Shown in pieces: positions 9,338 to 19,009 of a stretch of DNA of 37,108 nucleotides. Position 1 is the stretch's first letter, and every line of letters starts with the position of its first letter. Below the pieces are notes generated by a model that was given only the letters and a program-made list of their open reading frames with translations, had not been told where the DNA came from and did no database searches. Position numbers and translations under genes: made by a program. The DNA is from a virus (taxonomy: Duplodnaviria; Caudoviricetes). Where the stretch lies: the IMG/VR virus record IMGVR_UViG_3300027732_000061, positions 1 to 37,108 of that record. One strand, written 5' to 3'.

Positions 9338-9676
9338 TTATCCTGTGGTAATTCCAGCAGTAACAATTGCGCTACCTTCAATGACTCTAGTTTTTACAAA
9401 TCCATCATTCACTAATATATCATAACAATATCTTCCCGGTTTCAATCCAGAAGTTATCGATGAACCCAAAGAAATTGTTAATTGTCCATTAATTGGGCTC
9501 GGAAAAGATACAGAAAATGATGCAGCAGTAGTCATAGAAGAAGAATGCTTCTTCATTTTTGAAGTGGCAGTATGTCCAGTTAAGTTTACTGGGGTATTTG
9601 CTACATTTTCAAGATAAAAGGTCTGAACAAAATCAGATCCAACATCAATTACTATGTTACTAACATATGCTGCCAT
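9338..9676 (-). CDS. Conserved virion structural protein (112 aa, beta-rich, possible fibre/baseplate adaptor)
   Basis: NIVIDVGSDFVQTF...NLTGHT...LKPGRYCYDIL...RVIEGSAIVTAGIT pattern common in T4-like phage tail clusters; late promoter upstream. Confidence 0.7.
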   Translation of the reverse strand: MAAYVSNIVIDVGSDFVQTFYLENVANTPVNLTGHTATSKMKKHSSSMTTAASFSVSFPSPINGQLTISLGSSITSGLKPGRYCYDILVNDGFVKTRVIEGSAIVTAGITTG

Positions 9677-9703
9677 TGGATGAAAATATACTACTTTCTA
9701 ATA

Positions 9704-9710
9704 TATTTAT
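9704..9710 (-). promoter_or_regulatory. T4-like late promoter, ATAAATA
   Basis: Plus-strand TATTTAT 27 nt upstream of ATG 9676; overlaps the upstream stop codon. Confidence 0.55.
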
Positions 9711-9928
9711 CATTTAGATAATATTAATTTTTTTAATAAATCTTTTATTTCGTCAATATCATTTTTAATCTTTATTACATCTTCTTCTATTTGTTTTGAT
9801 TTTTCAATTTCTTTCATTTTATCTTCCTTTACTTTCAAATATTTTTGATATTCAAAGTCAGAACAGTTAATAATAGCATTGGTATTTTCATCACGAAATA
9901 AAAATTTATTACTTTCTACTGGTATCAT
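9710..9928 (-). CDS. Conserved hypothetical protein (72 aa)
   Basis: IPVE...LFRDENTNAIINC followed by a coiled coil; ATGA overlap with the upstream 2494-aa gene. Confidence 0.75.
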   Translation of the reverse strand: MIPVESNKFLFRDENTNAIINCSDFEYQKYLKVKEDKMKEIEKSKQIEEDVIKIKNDIDEIKDLLKKLILSK

Positions 9929-12900
9929 GATTTAGTTGCAATTACTCGTAAATCTTTAATTTTTGGATATAATGCTTGATTTGTTCCAGACATTAAAATT
10001 TTAATTTGAAGTCCATTAAATAGTGGAACATCATTTGCTGTAAATTCATAATTTCCAAAATCATTAAAACCCAAAGAAGGAAGCACGAAAGTATCGGACA
10101 AACCATCATTGTCTTTTGGATTTATTACCTTTCCATTATTGTCTAAATTTTTATATCCTGGAAATAATTCAAATATTTGTTGATTCGATAATGTATCATC
10201 TCTGAATATTCTATATAATACTCTAATATCACTAGATGCGTCTCTATAAGCATCAAATAATACTTTTATACTATCTGCAGATTGTTTTAGTTTAATAATT
10301 TTTGAAATATAAATTGCTGCATGTGGGTCACGAATTGAACTATTTACTCTAGGGTCTTTTGCATAATTACTTATTGGTTTGTTTAATCTTGCCATTGTAG
10401 TAGTAATATTGACTCTATCTAAATCGATCATTGGCGATACTTTTGTATCCTTAGTAGAAAGGACCATTTCTAGAGTAAATGATTTTGCTCCTGGATAATT
10501 TAATAATTTTGCTTTTTCATTTATTTCTGAAGCAATAATTCGCGGTGAGGTTAAAATATTATCAGAAATTAAAGAAATATCTTCAAATCCTTGATCTACA
10601 AATGATATTTCATTACCATCAGCACTTGTTCCGGAAAAAGTTCTTATTTTAGCACTAATTTCTGTGGATTGTGGTAATAATGTTCCAACAATTGGTCTTA
10701 CTATATTAAATTGGATATTTTGAGATGCTTTTGGTCCTCTTATAGATCCAACAACAGGCGAAAATGCTTCATATGTTCCTCCTGATTTTGTTTCATTAAA
10801 AAATAATTCAGGATGTGTGGCGTTATTTGCAGTAGATCTATTTAAACCTTCCGTTGTTTGGTCTAACTTGATGCTATATTCATCCAAATCGATATTATAA
10901 TCATTAGAAATTGTATGAACTTTATTAATTCTTTTTAATGATACACCGTTCATTTCATATTTAAACACTAATTGATTAGCATCATATGACTCTGGAATAG
11001 TACCTCTGACGATTCCGGTTATAGTATTTGTTGCCACATCTGCCGATGTATATCCAACAATTTCATCTTTAATTAATATATAACCCGTATTTCCTGCACC
11101 TACTGGAATATTTTCAAACGTTGTAAGTATTCCAACAGAAGAGGTAAATGATATTGGATTATTGCCAGATAATGTTTTACTGTATGATGCCGATAATGAT
11201 AATGGCGTTAAATCAGATTCAATTCCACTCAAAATTACTTTATTTTGTGAAGAATACATTCCGTGATTATTATGATTAACTTTAAATCTTAATCCATCCG
11301 TAATTTCAGAGACAGATGTTATATTCGAATTTGATATTACATTATTACTTCCATATTTAAGAGTTTTTGTTGGATCATTGCTAATTAATTGCCCTTGAAT
11401 ATTGTTAACAATTAAACTATTTACTGATGTAATAATTCCAGAACTGTTTGGGATACTTAATATAAGGTTTTTTCCAAGATTGTCTGTATTTTCTGGTGAA
11501 ATAGTTAGAATGTCACCTTTAGCATAACCAGTTCCACCAACAGAAACTGTTGCTGCTACTGCTACTCCACCGTTTATGGTTAGATTTACTTTAGCTCCTC
11601 TACCAAAACCACTAAGACTAACCAAATCTGTATTTGAATATAGTTTTGAGGTATTCGTATATCCTGTTCCTGGATTTGTTATCGTTAATGTTCCTGGTGT
11701 TCCTGTGCTAATACCACCCAGAACTTTTAATAACTTTGAAGAAAAATTAGCATTATCTGTTTGTGTAATTTTAACACCAGAAACTAAATTAGATTGGTCT
11801 GCAGAAGAAATACTGGTCCCAATACCAATAAAACTCGATTTTGAATACATTTGAATTGGATTTGACCTTAATGATACAACTTGATCATTTCCAACATCTA
11901 AATTTGGATTATAAAATCTTACAGATGCAGAAGTAGTTACAAAATTTGCACGATAAAGAGTAAATTTCAAATCTTCATATTGACTTGAGTCCCAAGTGGA
12001 ACCATTTTGAGATTTAAAAAATGATCCCAAAAGTGGTTGTTCTGAAACTGTTTTTTCGTCATTTGTTCCTATTGTAGAAACCACAATAGACTTCCTTCCG
12101 TCTCCTGCCATTGCAGAAATCCAAACTACATACTCTGTAGATGCAGTTAAAAGAACCAAAGCAAATTCGGTTCTTCCAAGGTAAACGGGAGATGGGAAGG
12201 TGAATGTGGTTGGAGTTAAACCAGTATCAGATACAGATACATCTTTTGCATCCAAAACAACTTCACCAAAAGGTAAAATTACTTGAGTAGGAGAACCATC
12301 ACGCATCGTTCTAATTTGTAATGTAACTGGAAGATCAGATGTTGATTTATTTTTAAAGAAAATATCACACTTAGTTACAAATACGCCATTATTATCTGTA
12401 ACTTCAAATGATTGTGCGAGAGGATCTACATATACAGTATTTTGTGTAGTTGTGAAATTATTTGAAATATTTGATACTAATCTAATATCTGTGGATTCTG
12501 ATGATCGAGGAACATCAGTTTTTGCAGTTCTTGATATTTCTGCATTTCTAATACTTAATGTTACGTCTTCGACATTATCTAAAGTTCCACTAGAAGAAAA
12601 ATTAGACTCAGCTTTACTTTGACTAGTAGAACCAGAAAATGATTCATTTGTTTTACTTGTAGATAATACAAATGTTTTTGTTCCTGTCGTAAATTGAGGT
12701 GCTGATGGAGAAATCGAATCTGGTATAAAGAATGACCCAATGAATACTCCTAAGTTATCACAAATTAATCTTAAATTTGAAACTTTTGCTTCTGCTCCAC
12801 TACTTTTACCTATTAATTTCATTCCAATATCAATACATCCATAAAAACTAGATTCTGATTGTAATTCCAAACTTGCAGTATCAACATTCAATATTTTGGT

Positions 12901-15900
12901 AGTTGAAGAATATGATGAGGAAATTATGTTTTTTGCATCATATGGGTCTAATGTATATGGATTTTCAGAACTAATGTAAGGACCATATTTATGATTTTGG
13001 GTTGCTAATCTAAATCTAATAGATTTAGATCCTAATACTCCGGTAACAGTTTCTCCATTAGTAAAGGTCCCACTAATCATGGAAACTTCTAATAATTTTG
13101 GTGTTATATATTTCGTAACATCAACATTATCAAAAAATGCAGTAAATTGACTAAATGGCAAAAGTCTCTTTGCGATTATCTCAATATTTCTAGATCTCAT
13201 AAATTTTACAATTTCTCTAGAAACTACTCTATCACCAAGATTTACAGAATCAGATTTTGGAGAAACTTTGTACTGTATTCCTTGTCTAGATTGATTTGTT
13301 GTTGTTGTTGTTGTTTGATTTGAAAAATTAATAAAACTATTTTGAAATGTATTAGTTGTAGTTATTGGAATTCCAAAGTTTTGTCCATCATTTGTAAATC
13401 CACCACTTTGAACTGAATTTTGTCCAACTAATGTACTTCCTGTTTGTGATGTAAAAATTGGATCACTTATTGATTGGTCAGTAACTCCAGACCAATCTGT
13501 TTCCCAAGCACCCCAATCTATTGGAGATAATCCAGTATTTGTATCGGCATTTAGTTGTTGCATTGCTGAAGTATATGAACCCTCAACATCTAAAGGTCTT
13601 TTTGTTTTTCTGGTTTCAATCCAGGTATCAGATGATGGATTCAGTTCAATACCACCTATCCAAGTCGAAACATGAAATGGATTTACATTACACTCTGTTG
13701 TTGCATATTCATTTTTAACAAGCACTGCTTCGGTATAGTTCAAACATATAACATCACCAACTCTTTTAATGTCATTAGACCCAAGATCTGTTACGAATCT
13801 TAAATCTGCATTTGGGTTTGAATTTTCTCCAATGCCAATATATGATTCTGACCCCAGTAAAAGATCAATCCCTACAGTATATGGTTGTGGTTTTAATTCT
13901 CCAGCATTTGCATCAACACTAGATTTATATTGAGAATTTGCAATATCACCACCATTGTATGATTTAAAATTATCTACAAAAAAACCACATTTAAATCTAT
14001 CTAATTTTGTAGTTTCGTCTCTAATTGTTAAGTTTTGAGTATCAGACTCAAGTAAAGATAAAGAAGTGTAATATTCTACATTTGTAAGTCTTTTATCGAG
14101 ACTCGAAATGTCTTTCATTCTATATCTTTTATGTGTCGATAAAGATATTTTTACATTTGATGTATCGAATACATATGCTGGCAAATATAAGGTTGCTATC
14201 TCTAATGATGTATCAAGTCCATTTGGTAGTTTTGGAGTAAGTGATGGAATTCCTTTTTTTACAATAAAAACACCATCTTTATCTAAAAATAATCTATCTA
14301 TTCTAGGTAAATAATAATCATAAGATAAATTTATGTTTTTGTCTTTTGCGAAAATATCAGTCGATGAACCATTTGATGATTCAAATATTCTCGATCTAAA
14401 ATCAAATGGCGAAAAACTTCCAGAGTAATTAGATATTCTTGGTCTACAATCCAAAACATCGGACAATCTAATACCATCAACAAATGGTATATCTCGTTCA
14501 TAACGATCTTTGTCGTAAGAATTTACACCAACAAAATCACCAGTATCCGAAGAAGATATAGTATAATGATTATAAATTATTCTAATTCTTTTGGAAGGTT
14601 CAATACCATCAGACTTTCTTATAATTCTTGAAAAATCCAAATATTCAGATCTTTGTCCATTATCGAATATATAATTATTTTTTATATTTTTATCACCAGG
14701 AAACAAAGACGAAACAGATGCTTGAATTTTTGATTCCTGAAAAATGACAGTTTCATTTACGGTGAATAAATTTTCATTTAAATAAACCATATCAACTGTA
14801 TTTGCTCCTACAGATGATACTAATGTTGCTACTGCCCCACTATCATTTCCTACAATTAACTCTCCTTTTACTGCGTTTAAAAGGTTTGATGATATATTTA
14901 AAAGTTGCAAACTTGGTAGGGATGGATCTCCATCTGTCGATGATTCGATAATTGCAATAATATTCGAAACATCTGGAACATTTAAGGAAATTTCTTCATC
15001 TTGAACTCTAAGACCATATGTTTGACTATGAGACAATCCATTAACGGAACTAGTAGATGTTGATTTATTAACAACAAGTGACGAACATCTATTAAAGATT
15101 TTCTTTTTAGTTTTGGTATTTATTTTATTTAAAGTATAAGTAAATCTTGCTTCTCCATTTTTGCTTATATTGAGTAATTTTTTATTTGAAATATCAACTT
15201 TTTGACTTGAAAGTTCCTCTACGGATCCATCTGTAAAAGTTAAATTGTAATCTTCTTCATCAAATGGAACAAAAGTTAAATCTGCAGAAGTTAATAATGA
15301 ATTTAAAGAACATCCACCATTAGAAACGGTAACTGTCGAACTTCTTCTGATTGTAATATCGGACCCGGTTAAATCTAAATTAGCAACATTTGATTTGTTT
15401 ATCTTAGAATACAAAGATACCTCTGAAGTATTTAAAACTTCAAGAGTAACTTTTTTGAGGTCATTAGTTGTAATTTGAGAACTTGGAAGATTTCCCGAAC
15501 AAATTCCAGAAACAGATGGTAATGATACAATTGTTAAACTTCTACCGGAAGTATTAATTGCACTCACCTTATTAAATGTAACAACATTTTCTCCTGTTTT
15601 GCTGTAAGAAACAATATCTCCAATTTTCATTCCAGTATAAAAATTTTGATTTGAAGATGTGATTGTACTAATACCGCCGGAAATGCTAGAAATAGTAAAT
15701 GTTGCTGCAGATGGTGCAATTGAAATATTATAAGAAAGTAATGGGTCACCAGTAAAAGATACTCCATTTCCAACTATTTGATGAACATCTGAAAAATTAT
15801 AATCCCTAATATCAATAATTGTCCTTTCTATATTTTCATTTATTTCTATTGTTTCTTCTTTCACAAAAGAACCAGAAACCTGATACAATTTCATAGTAGA

Positions 15901-17409
15901 TGATTCATTAATCGCATCGACAAGATATCCAGACGCTCCACTATTTTTTCCTTTAATAAATGCTGGTAATGTCTGAGATAAAGAAGAATTTAAGGTTAAA
16001 ATTGTATATGTTTGTATATCATACAATGATATTTCATATTGAGTTGTTGCATTAACGTGTGGACTATTTTTTAATTTAAAATCATAAACTCTAGAAACGC
16101 CAATTTGTTCTCCCGAAGATATACCAGCAGTTACAGTTCTGCCATTGTATAGATTTATATGAGAATCTGTATTAAAACCAACTGGAACAGAACCGGTTAC
16201 GTTATTTAAAATTATTTGTCTACCAAGATTAAATGGAATTGCTTGATTATAATCGTTTTCTGTAGTTCTTGACTTTTCAATATCAATTATTACATTATCA
16301 ATTGTTTCTACTTCATAACCTCTTATATAAGCTTTTCCTGGACTTACTGAAAGGCAAAGTAAATCTTTTGATACTTGATTTCCTTGTTTTGTTTTTTGGC
16401 CTTCGAGATATATTCCATTATTTCCAGTCCTGTCATTTAAGCATTCCTTTGAATCTATATCAAATGGTTTAACATAATAATCACCACTTTCATCATATGT
16501 TCTTCTTGCAAATTCATCACGAATGAAACTATATTCTGTAGTGTCTTTAAATTTTACTGGTATTCCATTTTCTACTCTTATAAGTTCAACAAAATTTTCA
16601 TCATTTATATCTTCAATGCTTTTTTTGATAAATGTTGTAGATATTTTTAATCTATCTGCTCCTGGAGCTGCATAATTTGAAAAACCTTGAGCATTATCAA
16701 ATAGGTCAAGATACTGATCAGATGCTGTAACTATCTCCTCATTAATTAATAAACCTATTCTATAACTTGGTCTATTTGTATATTGATCGAGTATTACTGT
16801 TTGCCTACCTACAGTTACAAAAAAACCATTAACGAAATAGATACCTTCTTCGATTTTAGCAGCGGAACCAACAGCAATAGAATTTGAAATTATTGAAGTT
16901 GCAAATGTCGTCCCACTTCTTATTGTTGATAATGAATAAGAAACATTTTCTAAAGATATTAAATTTTCTCCATCTACAAATGTTTTTGTATTAAAATCGA
17001 CTGTACCAGAACTTTGATATTTAATGTAAAGTGTGTAGTTACCATTATCAGATTCTACATCTGTAATATAATTTTCTACTATTGCTTTAACTCCACTAGT
17101 TTCGCCCTGAATTGTTTTATTAATCAAATTATCAATATAAAGAGAAACGGGAAGACCCAAATGAGATTCATCTATTTGGACACAAGTATATTGTGGATCA
17201 TATACTGCTTGTCCAGGAATAATCATCGCACCTTCTTTAAATAGGTGCCTACCAAATTTTTCAACTTGATTTTGTAATATTGACTGTAATGTTGTTAACT
17301 CTCTAGCTTGTATTGGAGTTCCGGGTTTGAATAAAACTCTTTGATAATTATTTGAATCAGAAAAATCATCAAAATATGGTGATACATTTAAATTGGTGTT
17401 TTGTGGCAT
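9925..17409 (-). CDS. Large virion structural protein, VrlC / DUF4815-like (2494 aa)
   Basis: MPQNTNLNVSPYFDDF, VLFKPGTPIQARELTTLQSILQNQ, APGADR, ARRTYDESGDY, RFKCGFFVDNF, DPLAQSF, FFKSQNGSTW...EDLKFTLYRANF, PKIKDLRVIA; follows gp8 as in cyanomyophages. Confidence 0.85.
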   Translation of the reverse strand: MPQNTNLNVSPYFDDFSDSNNYQRVLFKPGTPIQARELTTLQSILQNQVEKFGRHLFKEGAMIIPGQAVYDPQYTCVQIDESHLGLPVSLYIDNLINKTIQGETSGVKAIVENYITDVESDNGNYTLYIKYQSSGTVDFNTKTFVDGENLISLENVSYSLSTIRSGTTFATSIISNSIAVGSAAKIEEGIYFVNGFFVTVGRQTVILDQYTNRPSYRIGLLINEEIVTASDQYLDLFDNAQGFSNYAAPGADRLKISTTFIKKSIEDINDENFVELIRVENGIPVKFKDTTEYSFIRDEFARRTYDESGDYYVKPFDIDSKECLNDRTGNNGIYLEGQKTKQGNQVSKDLLCLSVSPGKAYIRGYEVETIDNVIIDIEKSRTTENDYNQAIPFNLGRQIILNNVTGSVPVGFNTDSHINLYNGRTVTAGISSGEQIGVSRVYDFKLKNSPHVNATTQYEISLYDIQTYTILTLNSSLSQTLPAFIKGKNSGASGYLVDAINESSTMKLYQVSGSFVKEETIEINENIERTIIDIRDYNFSDVHQIVGNGVSFTGDPLLSYNISIAPSAATFTISSISGGISTITSSNQNFYTGMKIGDIVSYSKTGENVVTFNKVSAINTSGRSLTIVSLPSVSGICSGNLPSSQITTNDLKKVTLEVLNTSEVSLYSKINKSNVANLDLTGSDITIRRSSTVTVSNGGCSLNSLLTSADLTFVPFDEEDYNLTFTDGSVEELSSQKVDISNKKLLNISKNGEARFTYTLNKINTKTKKKIFNRCSSLVVNKSTSTSSVNGLSHSQTYGLRVQDEEISLNVPDVSNIIAIIESSTDGDPSLPSLQLLNISSNLLNAVKGELIVGNDSGAVATLVSSVGANTVDMVYLNENLFTVNETVIFQESKIQASVSSLFPGDKNIKNNYIFDNGQRSEYLDFSRIIRKSDGIEPSKRIRIIYNHYTISSSDTGDFVGVNSYDKDRYERDIPFVDGIRLSDVLDCRPRISNYSGSFSPFDFRSRIFESSNGSSTDIFAKDKNINLSYDYYLPRIDRLFLDKDGVFIVKKGIPSLTPKLPNGLDTSLEIATLYLPAYVFDTSNVKISLSTHKRYRMKDISSLDKRLTNVEYYTSLSLLESDTQNLTIRDETTKLDRFKCGFFVDNFKSYNGGDIANSQYKSSVDANAGELKPQPYTVGIDLLLGSESYIGIGENSNPNADLRFVTDLGSNDIKRVGDVICLNYTEAVLVKNEYATTECNVNPFHVSTWIGGIELNPSSDTWIETRKTKRPLDVEGSYTSAMQQLNADTNTGLSPIDWGAWETDWSGVTDQSISDPIFTSQTGSTLVGQNSVQSGGFTNDGQNFGIPITTTNTFQNSFINFSNQTTTTTTNQSRQGIQYKVSPKSDSVNLGDRVVSREIVKFMRSRNIEIIAKRLLPFSQFTAFFDNVDVTKYITPKLLEVSMISGTFTNGETVTGVLGSKSIRFRLATQNHKYGPYISSENPYTLDPYDAKNIISSSYSSTTKILNVDTASLELQSESSFYGCIDIGMKLIGKSSGAEAKVSNLRLICDNLGVFIGSFFIPDSISPSAPQFTTGTKTFVLSTSKTNESFSGSTSQSKAESNFSSSGTLDNVEDVTLSIRNAEISRTAKTDVPRSSESTDIRLVSNISNNFTTTQNTVYVDPLAQSFEVTDNNGVFVTKCDIFFKNKSTSDLPVTLQIRTMRDGSPTQVILPFGEVVLDAKDVSVSDTGLTPTTFTFPSPVYLGRTEFALVLLTASTEYVVWISAMAGDGRKSIVVSTIGTNDEKTVSEQPLLGSFFKSQNGSTWDSSQYEDLKFTLYRANFVTTSASVRFYNPNLDVGNDQVVSLRSNPIQMYSKSSFIGIGTSISSADQSNLVSGVKITQTDNANFSSKLLKVLGGISTGTPGTLTITNPGTGYTNTSKLYSNTDLVSLSGFGRGAKVNLTINGGVAVAATVSVGGTGYAKGDILTISPENTDNLGKNLILSIPNSSGIITSVNSLIVNNIQGQLISNDPTKTLKYGSNNVISNSNITSVSEITDGLRFKVNHNNHGMYSSQNKVILSGIESDLTPLSLSASYSKTLSGNNPISFTSSVGILTTFENIPVGAGNTGYILIKDEIVGYTSADVATNTITGIVRGTIPESYDANQLVFKYEMNGVSLKRINKVHTISNDYNIDLDEYSIKLDQTTEGLNRSTANNATHPELFFNETKSGGTYEAFSPVVGSIRGPKASQNIQFNIVRPIVGTLLPQSTEISAKIRTFSGTSADGNEISFVDQGFEDISLISDNILTSPRIIASEINEKAKLLNYPGAKSFTLEMVLSTKDTKVSPMIDLDRVNITTTMARLNKPISNYAKDPRVNSSIRDPHAAIYISKIIKLKQSADSIKVLFDAYRDASSDIRVLYRIFRDDTLSNQQIFELFPGYKNLDNNGKVINPKDNDGLSDTFVLPSLGFNDFGNYEFTANDVPLFNGLQIKILMSGTNQALYPKIKDLRVIATKS

Positions 17410-17415
17410 TTTCTT

Positions 17416-18987
17416 TTAAAATTCCAATACGATTTTTACATCTTCTTTTTGGCTAGAAGATCTGGGAATTGCTGATCTATTATCTATGTATATGATCTCT
17501 CCGGATTTTTTATTATATTCTTCTGATGCAATACCGGATATAAAATTATTTCCGAGTTGATATGTTCGATTGTTTATGACTGTGGATACTCCAGTAAAAC
17601 CGGAATCAATTGATAATGGTGTAGTTCCATTCATAGATGAACCAGTAATCAATAAACTACCACCAGACCCAGGAGATGAAGTAAATTTATTTATTTTATA
17701 TCCAACACCAGTTGTTCCCAATCCAACTGGTTGGTAATATTTAAGAACTCCTGTAATGTTATCCCAAGATGCCACAAAACCAATCGCAGTAGATCCTGTG
17801 CTAATAGTTTGAGTAATTGTTGAATCTGCTGCATAAGTTGTAGCAGTTGTTGCTGATCCGGTAAATTTAAGTGCTTTTAGTCCACTTACTATAGATGTAT
17901 TTAAAAGTTCTACTTGACTTCCGGTAATTGTTGGGTTTTTTATAATACCAACTCTTGCAAAATCATTACCAGAAATTATATCTGGATTTGATTCTAAAGT
18001 TTCATATCTAGAATATACAAGAACACGATGTGCTCCTAGTTCTCTGTAAATATCATATCCATGCCCACCTTTTGGTGGTATGATTACATCAAATGTAGCA
18101 AATGTTGAAGTACTATTTGTCAAATCTGTAATATCTGGAGCACCTGGTTCAAATTTTATAGTACCATAAGTATAACCATTTCCGCCGTCAGTAATATAAA
18201 CTTCTGATACTTTTCCAAAAGAATCTGTAGTTATTGTTACTTCACCACCAGACCCATCTCCTAAAATTGGTATATTTGTAAATGTTGAAGATTTTGGTTC
18301 ATATTTATCTCCTCTAGTTTTAATCACAACTGCGTGTATTTTTCCGTCTATAGCATTTTCTTTGACTGATATGCTTTCTCCATCTATTCCCCAATTTTCC
18401 GGAACAGGTATAAATTCAATTGAATCAAACTTTACAATTTCTGATGGTTTGATTGTATAAAGATATTTCCAAATATATTCATCTCCACTTGTTCCTGCTG
18501 CTCTTTGTTCCAAATCAACAAATATTGGTTGGTCATATGATGGTCTTCCGTTTGGATTTTCAAAATCTGTTCCATTTTGAATGCAAATATAAACTCTTAG
18601 ATCTTCATTAACTACATAATAATTTGACTGATACAAACTTGATTGTTGTGTTACTGGTGTCCTATTGTAAATATGATAATCATGTCTATACATTTCATAA
18701 GTTGTTCCAGCAGTCCAAGTAATTTTTCGAATCATTCTACGAACATCATTCGTAGTGACCTTTTTCATTGCAATTATTGTATCTTTGATATCATTTTCCT
18801 CTTTAAATCCATCTAGTGGAGATGGACCAGTTCCCCAAGAAGATGATCCTCCAGCTAAAGGATTTGTAGAATTCGGTTGACCAATAAATGTATAGTATCC
18901 ATTTGAAGTATTTCCAACTCCAACAAAACTTTTAACGAAAGTTTCAGCATTTAATATTCTAAATTGGTCAGATATAATAGCAGGCAT
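17416..18987 (-). CDS. gp8: Baseplate wedge subunit (T4 gp8-like)
   Basis: MPAIISDQFRILNA, WTAGTTYEMYRHDY, YYVVNEDLRVYIC, DEYIWKYLYTI, PPKGGHG, DFARVGIIKNP, SGEIIYIDNR...EDVKIVLEF. Confidence 0.92.
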   Translation of the reverse strand: MPAIISDQFRILNAETFVKSFVGVGNTSNGYYTFIGQPNSTNPLAGGSSSWGTGPSPLDGFKEENDIKDTIIAMKKVTTNDVRRMIRKITWTAGTTYEMYRHDYHIYNRTPVTQQSSLYQSNYYVVNEDLRVYICIQNGTDFENPNGRPSYDQPIFVDLEQRAAGTSGDEYIWKYLYTIKPSEIVKFDSIEFIPVPENWGIDGESISVKENAIDGKIHAVVIKTRGDKYEPKSSTFTNIPILGDGSGGEVTITTDSFGKVSEVYITDGGNGYTYGTIKFEPGAPDITDLTNSTSTFATFDVIIPPKGGHGYDIYRELGAHRVLVYSRYETLESNPDIISGNDFARVGIIKNPTITGSQVELLNTSIVSGLKALKFTGSATTATTYAADSTITQTISTGSTAIGFVASWDNITGVLKYYQPVGLGTTGVGYKINKFTSSPGSGGSLLITGSSMNGTTPLSIDSGFTGVSTVINNRTYQLGNNFISGIASEEYNKKSGEIIYIDNRSAIPRSSSQKEDVKIVLEF

Positions 18988-18996
18988 TTTATTTGA

Positions 18997-19004
18997 TATT
19001 TATA
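18997..19004 (-). promoter_or_regulatory. T4 late promoter TATAAATA (second ATAAATA at 19007-19013)
   Basis: Plus-strand TATTTATA is the exact T4 late consensus, 9 nt upstream of the gp8 ATG. Confidence 0.7.
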
Positions 19005-19009
19005 TCTAT

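Noticed and set aside
13293-13316. (GTT)n microsatellite
   Set aside because: In-frame poly-Thr codons (QTTTTTTNQ) in the VrlC-like protein; no sign of phase variation.
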